From a virus (taxonomy: Duplodnaviria > Caudoviricetes): 25,054 nucleotides of DNA. This document shows, in pieces, positions 1 through 9,101 of this stretch. The first letter of the stretch is position 1. Each line of letters opens with the position of its first letter. The position numbers and the translations under genes are program-made. The notes under the pieces were generated by a model. It was not told where the DNA came from and searched no databases. It worked only from the letters and a program-made list of their open reading frames with translations. The DNA is taken from IMG/VR virus record IMGVR_UViG_3300020465_000091, positions 1 through 25,054 of that record; one strand, 5' to 3'.

Positions 1-398
1 ATATAAATTTCACCTGCGTTTGTACCCATATACAAATCAGCACCTGATTGAGGTGTAAATACCCAACCATTTGTACCTGTAGAATATAAGTTTAGATCAT
101 TTCCTGCCCCAAATTTTAACTTCTTATTATCGCCAATAATATTAACATCATCTCTTGCTGTTATTATACCTACTGAATCTATATTCGTTACATCTTCATA
201 TGTTAATGTACCACCAACGCTTACATTACCAGTTACATTTAATGCAGCATATGTTGATATTCCACTAGTTGTATTTACATTTACACCATTTAATTGAAGA
301 CCAGCAAGTGTCCCATCAGACTTAAAGACATTTATCTCATTTGCCTGTGCTGTGATACTCGTGACACCAGATATACTATTGGGTCTAATTACTGTCAT
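1..398 (-). CDS. Tail-fibre-like structural protein, N-terminal part (runs off window start)
   Basis: Not in the ORF track. ATG at 398 reads MTVIRPNSISGVTSITAQANEINVFKSDG...VGGTLTYEDVTNIDSVGIITARDD...KLKFGAGNDLNLY with no stop before base 1. It shares motifs with the neighbouring fibre genes, and TAAATA lies upstream at 421-426. Confidence 0.8.
   Translation of the reverse strand, partial: MTVIRPNSISGVTSITAQANEINVFKSDGTLAGLQLNGVNVNTTSGISTYAALNVTGNVSVGGTLTYEDVTNIDSVGIITARDDVNIIGDNKKLKFGAGNDLNLYSTGTNGWVFTPQSGADLYMGTNAGEIY
151..218. repeat. 68-bp exact direct repeat, copy 1 (copy 2 at 13131-13198)
   Basis: TCTCTTGCTGTTATTATACCTACTGAATCTATATTCGTTACATCTTCATATGTTAATGTACCACCAAC is identical at both loci and encodes VGGTLTYEDVTNIDSVGIITAR on the minus strand. 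Confidence 0.95.
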
Positions 399-420
399 TC
401 TTATTTAATCTCCATCATAG

Positions 421-426
421 TATTTA
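421..426 (-). promoter_or_regulatory. T4-like late promoter (cTAAATA)
   Basis: Overlaps the TAA stop of 424..1959 and lies 22 nt before ATG 398. Confidence 0.6.
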
Positions 427-1959
427 GACTACCACAAGAGTAGATCCTTGTGCAACATCTATGGTTGCACCAACTGCAACTGTAGTTGGGCCTATAAGTA
501 AAGCATTTTTACCTGAAGGAACTGATACTGATGTATGAATATTAGAATCAAGCGTAAGTAATCCCTCATCGATTGATAAATTTCCACGAACTTGTATAGC
601 ACCCTCAGATGTTGCTGATCCAGCAATTGTCGTGGTGTTAATACCTAAGATTTTAGTTGTATGAACACCAACTGCGTTAGATGCAAACGTTCCACCAGCA
701 CCAGAAGAACCACCAGCGATGCTGATAGCAACAGTTGTACCACTTACCGCAAATGTATTTCCAGCACCTATAAAATTAAGTTGTGTAATACCAGCACCAA
801 TCTGAGTACCAGCAGATTGAATACCTATTTGTGAAGGGCCACTAAACAATGTAGCAGTTGCAACTCCAGCATTACCAAGTTGGATATTATTTCCAACTGT
901 AACTTCACCTGCAGGAACTTTGATTCCTGTTCTCGCAGTTACAATACCAAGTGAATCTACATTCTTTACATCTTCATATGTCAGTGTTCCACCAATTGAA
1001 ACACTACCTGTGAATGTTGCTCCAACACCAGTAAGATTTCTAATTGCTACATCATCAGAGTTTGTAAGAACTACATCACCTGTTCTACCAAAGACTGATG
1101 TAACTAAGTTTTCTGATGATCCACCGACTCCACCAGCAAAACCAATATGTCTTACTTGAATCGCAACACCAGTAGCTGGTGCAGATACAAATGATAAAAC
1201 ATTAGAATTTGTTGCGACTGTATACGCTCTTGTAGTTCCTGAATCTGATGGGTATTGAACTACACCATCAAGAGTTACTAAAATATTTCTTGGATCTGGT
1301 GGTGTCTTTGATAATGTAAAGTTTACAGTGCTATTATCTCCTGTAAAATTATCTATTGCATTATCAGATATTTCAAATGACGAAACATTGCTCGCCATGA
1401 TACTACCAAAAACTGTATCAGTAGATGCAGGTGCAGTTGAAAATACTAAAACAGAATCGGCATCTATACCAAAACCTGTAGAAGGAGATGTAGAATCATG
1501 TGGTTGTTGAAGAACACCATTGATTGATAGCACCACCTGTGATGCACGAGTTACCTTTGCATGTGTACCACTATCATGAGTAATTTTAAATTTGGTATTA
1601 GTACCATCAAAGGCTACATTTAAGGTATGTGAAGATCCTGCACCTAATCCAGTAAGATTTATCTGAGTTCCATTATTTGCATTAGATAAACTAGATGCGA
1701 GTTGTACTAAATTACGATCTACTCTTATAACATAATATACGCCATCCGCAAGACCAGTAATTGCAGTTCCACCACCATCATTATAAGTTACTCTCTGTCC
1801 CGTTATGAAACGATGTTCAGGTAAACTTATTGTATCAGCTGCAATACTGACAATTGATGATGAAGATCCATCAAAGGTCGCAGTAAAAGTTGATAGCGTA
1901 TCTAATATACGAAAAGAATTATTTTCTCCTGCCGTAGGTCTTATGCCAAGATATGCCAT
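424..1959 (-). CDS. Virion structural / fibre-adaptor-like protein, 511 aa
   Basis: MAYLG start, repeated FDG/FTGD..T..F.L and V.(I/L)(N/D)GV.Q.P modules, VTSVFGRTGDV and GGTLTYEDV motifs, and a C-terminal GPTTVAVGATIDVAQGSTLVVV. Paralogous to 8238..9080. Confidence 0.7.
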   Translation of the reverse strand: MAYLGIRPTAGENNSFRILDTLSTFTATFDGSSSSIVSIAADTISLPEHRFITGQRVTYNDGGGTAITGLADGVYYVIRVDRNLVQLASSLSNANNGTQINLTGLGAGSSHTLNVAFDGTNTKFKITHDSGTHAKVTRASQVVLSINGVLQQPHDSTSPSTGFGIDADSVLVFSTAPASTDTVFGSIMASNVSSFEISDNAIDNFTGDNSTVNFTLSKTPPDPRNILVTLDGVVQYPSDSGTTRAYTVATNSNVLSFVSAPATGVAIQVRHIGFAGGVGGSSENLVTSVFGRTGDVVLTNSDDVAIRNLTGVGATFTGSVSIGGTLTYEDVKNVDSLGIVTARTGIKVPAGEVTVGNNIQLGNAGVATATLFSGPSQIGIQSAGTQIGAGITQLNFIGAGNTFAVSGTTVAISIAGGSSGAGGTFASNAVGVHTTKILGINTTTIAGSATSEGAIQVRGNLSIDEGLLTLDSNIHTSVSVPSGKNALLIGPTTVAVGATIDVAQGSTLVVV

Positions 1960-1980
1960 ATTTCTTTTTTAGTTATTTAT
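1960..1980 (-). promoter_or_regulatory. T4-like late promoter plus A-rich leader
   Basis: ATAAATAACTAAAAAAGAAAT-ATG. TAAATA at 1974-1979 includes the upstream stop codon. Confidence 0.7.
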
Positions 1981-3911
1981 GGGTTGGAATCCCACAGAAC
2001 ATTATTATCCTTATCTTTTATTCTAACCCTTCCATTAGTACTACTAGCTCCCCATGTAATTTGTCCTGTAAGTTTTGCCCATACACCAACACCCTGTCCA
2101 GATGCACTAAATGCTATTTTGAATAAAGATCTTGTTGATCCTGCTCCATCTGGAGTGCTGTCAGCTGGGAATGTAACGGTACCAGCTCCCGGATTTAAAC
2201 CAATCTGGCTAGTGGTCATTACCTCACTATCATAATAGTGAGTACCATTCCTCCATGTATCTCCACTATTATTAGCACCAGCTTCTCTTCCAGCTACAGC
2301 TCTAATATATGTTACGTTCATACCATAACTAGATCCACCTTGCCCGTAAACAATATGAGATCCATTAAAAGTCCAACTAGCACTGTCAGTAATTTCAAAC
2401 ATAAAATGAGTACCTGTATAACCACTAGCATATGAAACCTGTAGTGCAATCATAGCAAAACCACCATATACCGAGCCCATTCTTATATCACCAGGCCCAT
2501 AGACATGTAAGAGTGATTTTGGATCTGTAACATGTATGCCAATTTTACCTGAATGATCAATTACCATCCTCTGATTTGAAGATGAACCACCACCTGTATA
2601 GAACTGCAATCCTTCATTGTCACCAGCAGCACCTCGATAATTAATCTTTGCTTGATCACCAGCACCAGTCTTCCAATTAATTGAAGCAATATCACCACCA
2701 GTAGATTGTCTGTATAATTGGAGTGCTGGATTATCATCAGTTGTTGCTTTTACAACAAGTTGAGCACCCGGATTGGAGTCATTTATACCAACTTTACCAT
2801 CTGATGTGATGCGAAGTCTTTCTGTTGGAGTATCTGTTGCACCTGTTGTATTTCTAGTATTGAATACTAATGCACCTTTCGTGTTTCCAGAATTATCACT
2901 TTCTGTATATCCCATTGAAGCAGGATAAACACTGGTACCAAAGGTTGTAACATATCCAAACCCAATCAGTCTATTAACATTTGTTCCATTCTCAGTATCA
3001 CCTAATGCAAGGAAAATACTATCATTACCTAATGAAGTAGATACAGCACGTTTTATTCTTACGGTTCCAGCAGAGTTGATGCGGAGTCTTTCTGATCCAC
3101 CAACAATAAATGCAGCATCATAACTAGCAGTTGTATTATTCTTCCAATAAGTATAGCCAGGCGAAGCACTAGTATCTACACCAAATATAAGTCCTTGACC
3201 ACTAGCAGTACTGTTCTGAAGATTTAGCATATCTCCAGATGTAGGTGTTGTAAATTTCGCTATTCCTCCATTTCCACTAGTTGAACTATAAATACGAAGT
3301 CTTTCACCACCACTATTAGTAAAACGAATAGAGCCACTTCCTGCTGTTCCTATTGTAAAATTACCGTTTGCACCTAATTGTGATTCAAAGAATGCTCTTT
3401 GTGCTCCTCCAGCATCACCTAGATATATACTTGCATAATTACTATTAGAATTATTACCAACAAACTGCATTCCAACATTACCTGATGCTTCACTAACAAC
3501 TAAGTTATTAGAATAAGAATTAGCTGGTGAAACTGAAGTGGCTCCTATAATCAATCTACCATTTGAGTCAATTATCATTCTATATGTTGTTCTTCCCAAA
3601 TCATAAAAAGCAAGACCAGGCCCAACACCACCATCTGCTTGCATTAACCATCTCTCTGCAGTATCTTTGACTTCTATTCCAGCACCAGTAGCATTAGTGC
3701 TCTGAAACTTACCATATACATTACCAGTTCCAGAAACATCGAGTTTTCTATCAGGAGAATTTGTTCCTACCCCCATGTCACCATCAGGTATTACTACATC
3801 AGAATTAAAAGTAGAAATGCCAGTTACAACAATGCCCCTATTTGGTGCCATTGAAACGTTAACATCACTAGCATCAGGACTTTGTAAATTGTGGGTTTTT
3901 AATGTTGACAT
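1977..3911 (-). CDS. Tail-fibre-like protein, 644 aa
   Basis: G/S/T/N-rich with repeated ERLRI(T/N)S.G.VGI modules and a distinct C-terminal domain that may bind a receptor. Confidence 0.75.
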   Translation of the reverse strand: MSTLKTHNLQSPDASDVNVSMAPNRGIVVTGISTFNSDVVIPDGDMGVGTNSPDRKLDVSGTGNVYGKFQSTNATGAGIEVKDTAERWLMQADGGVGPGLAFYDLGRTTYRMIIDSNGRLIIGATSVSPANSYSNNLVVSEASGNVGMQFVGNNSNSNYASIYLGDAGGAQRAFFESQLGANGNFTIGTAGSGSIRFTNSGGERLRIYSSTSGNGGIAKFTTPTSGDMLNLQNSTASGQGLIFGVDTSASPGYTYWKNNTTASYDAAFIVGGSERLRINSAGTVRIKRAVSTSLGNDSIFLALGDTENGTNVNRLIGFGYVTTFGTSVYPASMGYTESDNSGNTKGALVFNTRNTTGATDTPTERLRITSDGKVGINDSNPGAQLVVKATTDDNPALQLYRQSTGGDIASINWKTGAGDQAKINYRGAAGDNEGLQFYTGGGSSSNQRMVIDHSGKIGIHVTDPKSLLHVYGPGDIRMGSVYGGFAMIALQVSYASGYTGTHFMFEITDSASWTFNGSHIVYGQGGSSYGMNVTYIRAVAGREAGANNSGDTWRNGTHYYDSEVMTTSQIGLNPGAGTVTFPADSTPDGAGSTRSLFKIAFSASGQGVGVWAKLTGQITWGASSTNGRVRIKDKDNNVLWDSNP

Positions 3912-4318
3912 TATCTCCTCAGTGGAATATGCCTCATGGCATCTTGTACTTCTTGTGGTGTTGCATCAATAATTTTCATTGCATCAGACTTATTTTCATA
4001 AGGAAACTTACCTTCCTTAGCCTTTGCATACTTTTCACATCTTAAATCAAATAATAATTTATTGTAATTAGAATCACTACCATATTTAGTTTTCAAAAGT
4101 CCCTCTGCTTTTTCTGAAAATTGCCACATTGAACAATTGCATTTACCAGTTCCACAATCATCCACTTCAACAATTCCCATACCTTGTTTTTTTATATCTT
4201 CAAGATATGTCATATAATCAATATTACTTGAATCAGTAGGGATCCATGCATTATCAGATTTCCTTTTTATATAATCTAAATTACCTAATTCATCTTTAAC
4301 ACATTGATACATAAACAT
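3911..4318 (-). CDS. Small fibre-associated protein (possible assembly chaperone), 135 aa
   Basis: Starts 2 nt after the 4321..5748 stop and overlaps the next gene by TAATG. The N-terminal IKRKSDNAWIPTDSSNIDYMTYLE resembles small proteins that often follow phage fibre genes (from recall, not searched). Confidence 0.55.
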   Translation of the reverse strand: MFMYQCVKDELGNLDYIKRKSDNAWIPTDSSNIDYMTYLEDIKKQGMGIVEVDDCGTGKCNCSMWQFSEKAEGLLKTKYGSDSNYNKLLFDLRCEKYAKAKEGKFPYENKSDAMKIIDATPQEVQDAMRHIPLRR

Positions 4319-4320
4319 AA

Positions 4321-5748
4321 TTATAACTCCGCATTTGCTACAAATTTATATAAACTGGCCTGACTGCCACCCAAACCACTAAATGTAGCATAGAATCCAG
4401 ATGGAGATTGCCCTTGTGCAAGAAGACTACCACTACTAGTTTCAGTAATAGTTACGGTAGGTGTTGCTCTCATTTCAGTTGCAAAAATATGACTACCTCT
4501 CGAATAACCATCAGCACTACCATAACCAGAACTTAGGATTGAAGATCCAACCGTTTGATAATATCGTTGGCAACGTGCAAGTTCCTCTCCGTGACTACGC
4601 TGCTCGAATGGAGTGGCCACTGAACCAACTTCTAATTGAATATTTGAGATATCTAATGTCCATGAACTTGCACTATTGTTTGTTCCTTGTCCTAATGCTA
4701 TTTGGAAATAACTAGCTGCACCAAAAGTTTTACCAGAATGAGAAGGAATATCAAAGGTTAATGAATATTTTCTAAAAGTAGAATCATTTTGTAAATATGG
4801 AGTCGTTTGCTGTGCAACATCAACATCAGCACTTGAATCATAATGTATAGTTATCCATGCGGCTAAATTAGCATTTACATGACCTCTTGCCCAAAATGAT
4901 AAGGTAGCTTTTCCTTCTGGAATGGAGGCAGCATCTTCAATTCTTTGGAAAATTCCACAATAATCACTTGATGATGTAGACGCTATACGAGCATAATAAC
5001 GTGATCCATCAATTGGATTTGTATGAGTTTGTCTGGAGAAAGTCATACTTGCACCAGAAAGATTGTGATGCCATCTATCTGCTGCTACATAACCAGATGA
5101 ACTTGAACTTGTTGCTCTTTGCCAAATATGAAAATTTCCGTTGATTATTTTGTTGCGATGTGAGTATGGTGTTGTGCGTGTAAGATTTTCACCACTACCA
5201 CTAAATGATGTTGCAGTACAGATTCCTGTTACAACAGCTCCCGTGTTAGTGGTTTCTATTCTCTTCGTTCCATTAGAGTAGAGTGATACATCTCCATTAA
5301 TATTTGCATTAATGCAATAGTCACCTGTATCTTTATCACTATCTCTAAGTTGAAATGAACTATTAGAAACAAGCTTTAAACCACCTGTTCCAGATTCTTC
5401 AATAATACTATGGTTACCGTCATGAAACAGTTGAAGATCGGAACTAGCTCCGAAAGATAACTTTGCATTATCTCCAAACTCTAATTGATTATCCGACTTA
5501 TCCCATACGACATTGTATGATGCCCCAGCTAATGTAAGATCATCATTAAAAACTGATGTTGAAGATACATCTATACTTCCATTTATATCTAACTGTCCTG
5601 TTGTTGTAATCCCAGAAAAAACATTACCATTATTACCGAGTAATGCTGTACCACTTGTCGGCATAGTAAAAGTGAGATTACCAGCATCCGCAGCTGCTGC
5701 AATCTCAACGTATCCACTATTACTTCCAGTTAGACGTACTTTTGACAT
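4321..5748 (-). CDS. Tail-fibre-like protein with probable carbohydrate-binding-like C-terminal domain, 475 aa
   Basis: NKIINGNFHIWQR...IQLEVGSVATPFEQRSHGEELARCQRYYQ...EMRATPTVT motifs typical of phage fibre tips, plus an N-terminal FGDNAKLSFGASSDLQLFHDG module. Confidence 0.75.
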   Translation of the reverse strand: MSKVRLTGSNSGYVEIAAAADAGNLTFTMPTSGTALLGNNGNVFSGITTTGQLDINGSIDVSSTSVFNDDLTLAGASYNVVWDKSDNQLEFGDNAKLSFGASSDLQLFHDGNHSIIEESGTGGLKLVSNSSFQLRDSDKDTGDYCINANINGDVSLYSNGTKRIETTNTGAVVTGICTATSFSGSGENLTRTTPYSHRNKIINGNFHIWQRATSSSSSGYVAADRWHHNLSGASMTFSRQTHTNPIDGSRYYARIASTSSSDYCGIFQRIEDAASIPEGKATLSFWARGHVNANLAAWITIHYDSSADVDVAQQTTPYLQNDSTFRKYSLTFDIPSHSGKTFGAASYFQIALGQGTNNSASSWTLDISNIQLEVGSVATPFEQRSHGEELARCQRYYQTVGSSILSSGYGSADGYSRGSHIFATEMRATPTVTITETSSGSLLAQGQSPSGFYATFSGLGGSQASLYKFVANAEL

Positions 5749-5768
5749 ATTACTTTTTAGTTATTTAT
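5749..5768 (-). promoter_or_regulatory. T4-like late promoter plus A-rich leader
   Basis: ATAAATAACTAAAAAGTAAT-ATG. TAAATA at 5762-5767 includes the upstream stop codon. Confidence 0.7.
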
Positions 5769-8215
5769 GAACCCTCAAGGGCAGCAACTCTTGCTTCAAG
5801 TGATTCTCTCTTTGCAGTCTCCTCCTGTAAAGCAGCAGTAAGAAGTGGAACTAATTTAGCATAATCAACTGATTGATAAATTGGATCATCTTTTTTCCAT
5901 TGTCCACCATTTTGAGTTTCATCCTCTGCTTGTACAGCATCTTTTGTTCCAGAAACTACACCAATATCAGGTAAAACTGCCTGTGCTTCATGTGCAAAGA
6001 AACCTTGACCTAATTTATCATCATTCTTCCAAGTAAATTGATATGGTTTAAGTGCTTTTATTGTTGTTAATGCATTTGATATTACTGTCTCATCCTTTTT
6101 CAATCTATAATCAGAAGTTGATCCATATGTCATAGTTCCATTACTATTTGTTATCGACACATTACCACCACCAGTATGGGTGAATTTCATTCTCTGAGCA
6201 CCACCAACCTGCCATGAATTCATAGTACTATCAGTAGGATAATACTCAACTTGACCCCGCGACCATATACGCATCTTTTTGCCTGTAGTATTACCAGACC
6301 AATTAGCAGTACCAAGATCTAAATACCCACCATATTCCCAACCATTACCAGATTGTCTACTTCCTTTAACATAAGCCCACATTCTTTCTTGACCAGCAGA
6401 TCCAGTTCCACTTCCTCCAAGTCCAAGAACTCCACCATCACCTGCTGCCCATCCAGTATTAGAACCAACATACAGATTACATCTTTGAGCTGTATGCACA
6501 TTCGCATCAGCAGCATCTGGATTAACCCTTGCTGAATGGAATGCTACAGGTTGGTTAGTAGTTGGACTAGACGTTCCTACACGATCACCTACTGCAAGTT
6601 TACCATCTCCATCAATACGCATACTCTCTTCAGGAGCATTATTACCAGACTTATTGTAGAATAAAGTTTTTCCTGTATATTGACATCTAACTGCAGCACT
6701 ACCATAATTATTGTAATACCTAGTGAAAGTACCATTCTGTCCCATGTATACATTGGAACCCATCATTATATCAGTACCACCACTATCATCAGTAGTTGAT
6801 ATTGCAGCGTCTGCTAAACCAGCTCCATAAGCAGTCTGGAAACAGATAGGTGGCATTGTCTGCGTAGATCTTTTTGCTAAGAAAGATAGTTGAGCAGTAG
6901 GAACAGAAGTGTTTATACCAACCAAACCACCCGATGTGATGCGAACTTTTTCTGTTGCACTATTATTTCCAGTTGCAAATGCTAGGAATCCTTTACCAGC
7001 AGAATTATTCTCTACACCAAATCTTATTTCGCTTCTATTATACTCGTTACTTCTATTATACTTACCACGAATTGTTCCATATGTTCCATCAGTTGCACCA
7101 ACATACATCTCAACAAGGTTTGCAGCACTGCCAGCCTCATTACCTACACCAATATTAAGAGCACCAGCTGATGTGATGCGAAGTCTTTCTGTTGAAGTAG
7201 TTGTTCCACCATTAGTATAGAAAGTTAAATAACCGGGCGTATCATTAGAACCAATACCTGTATCAACATAAGTTCTTATTTCAGCAGCTGAATGATTTAA
7301 ATCAGTTCCATCATGAGGATACCATCCTATTACTCCAATATTATCACCTGCTTGACATGCAGCACCAGCAGAAGATCTTGATTTAGCTAGTGCTATGTAA
7401 CCTGCTCCATTATCATTTGATGTTCTTATAAATGTTGCTAATTCTGAACTATTTTTTTGAACCTGAAGAATTGGCTCACCACCAGCAGATGCTCTAGAAG
7501 CATTATGTCCAAGTAATAATCTTCCACTTGAGTCGATGCGAAGTCTTTCAGTCATCGAACCACCAGAAGGTCGAGTACCAATTGTTAATGCTCCTTCGTT
7601 ATTTGAATTATTAACATTAATAAATTTAATTTCGCTTGTTCCTTGTCCTCCTGCATCTGCACCTTGAATCATTGTATATGAATTCGCAGTTGCATCATTA
7701 TTTTGAAGAGATATCCATGTTCCAAGAGTACTACCAGTTCCTTCTAACTTAATAGCTCCATCTGATGATGTATCTTTTATATGGAGTTTTACTCCTGAAG
7801 CTGGATCAACTCCTATACCAACATCACCACTTGAGTTGATGCGAAATCTTTCACTACCACCAGTTTCGACTGAAAATGTATCAGCAGCAGGGAATCTTAT
7901 TGCAGTATTAGTGTCTCCAGTATGAATTATCTTATCTGGAATTGTGAGGTCACCACCCACAGTTAAGTTTGTTGGTTCAATGGTTCCTACAAACTTTGTT
8001 GCTGTAATTATACCCGTAACAACTACATTACTATTTGCATCAAAAGTTATATTAGAAGCTGTTGTATTAATTCCTATCGTTGTGATACCAGAAGTCTTTC
8101 CATCAATATGAACAAGAACATCTCCAGATGAATTAGTTATTTTTACTTTCTCATCAATACTAGCACTCGCTGGTACTGATTGTGCCTCAATATTGTTTAT
8201 CCGAAGAGTACTCAT
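5765..8215 (-). CDS. Tail fibre with C-terminal intramolecular chaperone (Peptidase_S74-like), 816 aa
   Basis: Four ERLRI-type modules. C-terminus has TSDYRLKK...LKPYQFTWK...GFFAHEAQ...VDYAKLVPLLTAALQE followed by a coiled coil, the S74 autocleavage signature. Confidence 0.85.
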   Translation of the reverse strand: MSTLRINNIEAQSVPASASIDEKVKITNSSGDVLVHIDGKTSGITTIGINTTASNITFDANSNVVVTGIITATKFVGTIEPTNLTVGGDLTIPDKIIHTGDTNTAIRFPAADTFSVETGGSERFRINSSGDVGIGVDPASGVKLHIKDTSSDGAIKLEGTGSTLGTWISLQNNDATANSYTMIQGADAGGQGTSEIKFINVNNSNNEGALTIGTRPSGGSMTERLRIDSSGRLLLGHNASRASAGGEPILQVQKNSSELATFIRTSNDNGAGYIALAKSRSSAGAACQAGDNIGVIGWYPHDGTDLNHSAAEIRTYVDTGIGSNDTPGYLTFYTNGGTTTSTERLRITSAGALNIGVGNEAGSAANLVEMYVGATDGTYGTIRGKYNRSNEYNRSEIRFGVENNSAGKGFLAFATGNNSATEKVRITSGGLVGINTSVPTAQLSFLAKRSTQTMPPICFQTAYGAGLADAAISTTDDSGGTDIMMGSNVYMGQNGTFTRYYNNYGSAAVRCQYTGKTLFYNKSGNNAPEESMRIDGDGKLAVGDRVGTSSPTTNQPVAFHSARVNPDAADANVHTAQRCNLYVGSNTGWAAGDGGVLGLGGSGTGSAGQERMWAYVKGSRQSGNGWEYGGYLDLGTANWSGNTTGKKMRIWSRGQVEYYPTDSTMNSWQVGGAQRMKFTHTGGGNVSITNSNGTMTYGSTSDYRLKKDETVISNALTTIKALKPYQFTWKNDDKLGQGFFAHEAQAVLPDIGVVSGTKDAVQAEDETQNGGQWKKDDPIYQSVDYAKLVPLLTAALQEETAKRESLEARVAALEGS

Positions 8216-8241
8216 TTTATGACGCTTTTTTTAATATTTAG
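8216..8241 (-). promoter_or_regulatory. T4-like late promoter plus A-rich leader
   Basis: CTAAATATTAAAAAAAGCGTCATAAA-ATG, with TAAATA at 8235-8240. Confidence 0.65.
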
Positions 8242-9080
8242 ACTACAACATAGTTTCCATCAACAGTTAAAACACCATTAACTGTGACTGGCCCTGCCAT
8301 TAATCCATTGAAACTTGTGCTTATATAATGATTACCATTAAGTTCATTATCATATATTGTCATGCCATTGCTTATATACATTCCTTGGAAAGAATTACCA
8401 GCACCAACCATATCAGTTGTAAATCCAACTGTATTGACACCTACATTCGATGCAGTATGAATACCAGCTGCAGGAGATGATGATGTAACAAACTTACCTC
8501 CACCCGCAACTTCTAAATCAATTGTTCCATCAGAATCTTGATACGTAACAGTGATATTAGTTTCAGTATTACCTGAGAACATTGCACCAACAATATCTTG
8601 TATTTCTTCATTTGTCTTACCACCCAAATTAACTGTGGCAATACCTGAAACAGAAGTTGCTGTTAATCCTGATTGAACAAAATTAATAAAGGTAACTCCA
8701 GTTCCAATGGTTGTACCACCAGACTGAATACCTACACTAGATAATCTATCCTTTGCACTCTCTGCTAATTTTGCAAGTGTAACTGAAGCATCTGCTGGAA
8801 CAGATACACCAATAGAAGTTCCTAAAACAATTATAAAACAATCATCACCACTAGCTGGTGCAGAAGCAAACTCAATACTTGATTGATCTATTGTAAAAGC
8901 AGTCTCTGCTTCTTGAATAATACCTGAAACTGACACCATAAGTGCCATTGATGATCCGGGGAAAAAATCGGTGCCACCTGATTTAAGGTCAAAAGATACC
9001 TTACTACCATTAAACTGTGAAGAAATATCATCCAGTTTAAGATAATTACCTTGACTTAAATCGCGACCTATGTATGGCAT
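8238..9080 (-). CDS. Virion structural / fibre-adaptor-like protein, 280 aa
   Basis: MPYIG...LDDISSQFNGSKVSFDL...VSVSGIIQ, VGIQSGGT.IG.G, and C-terminal GLMAGPVTVNGVLTVDGNYVVV. Paralogous to 424..1959. Confidence 0.7.
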   Translation of the reverse strand: MPYIGRDLSQGNYLKLDDISSQFNGSKVSFDLKSGGTDFFPGSSMALMVSVSGIIQEAETAFTIDQSSIEFASAPASGDDCFIIVLGTSIGVSVPADASVTLAKLAESAKDRLSSVGIQSGGTTIGTGVTFINFVQSGLTATSVSGIATVNLGGKTNEEIQDIVGAMFSGNTETNITVTYQDSDGTIDLEVAGGGKFVTSSSPAAGIHTASNVGVNTVGFTTDMVGAGNSFQGMYISNGMTIYDNELNGNHYISTSFNGLMAGPVTVNGVLTVDGNYVVV

Positions 9081-9101
9081 ATACTTTTTTTAGTTATTTA
9101 G
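9081..9101 (-). promoter_or_regulatory. T4-like late promoter plus A-rich leader
   Basis: CTAAATAACTAAAAAAAGTAT-ATG, with TAAATA at 9095-9100. Confidence 0.7.
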
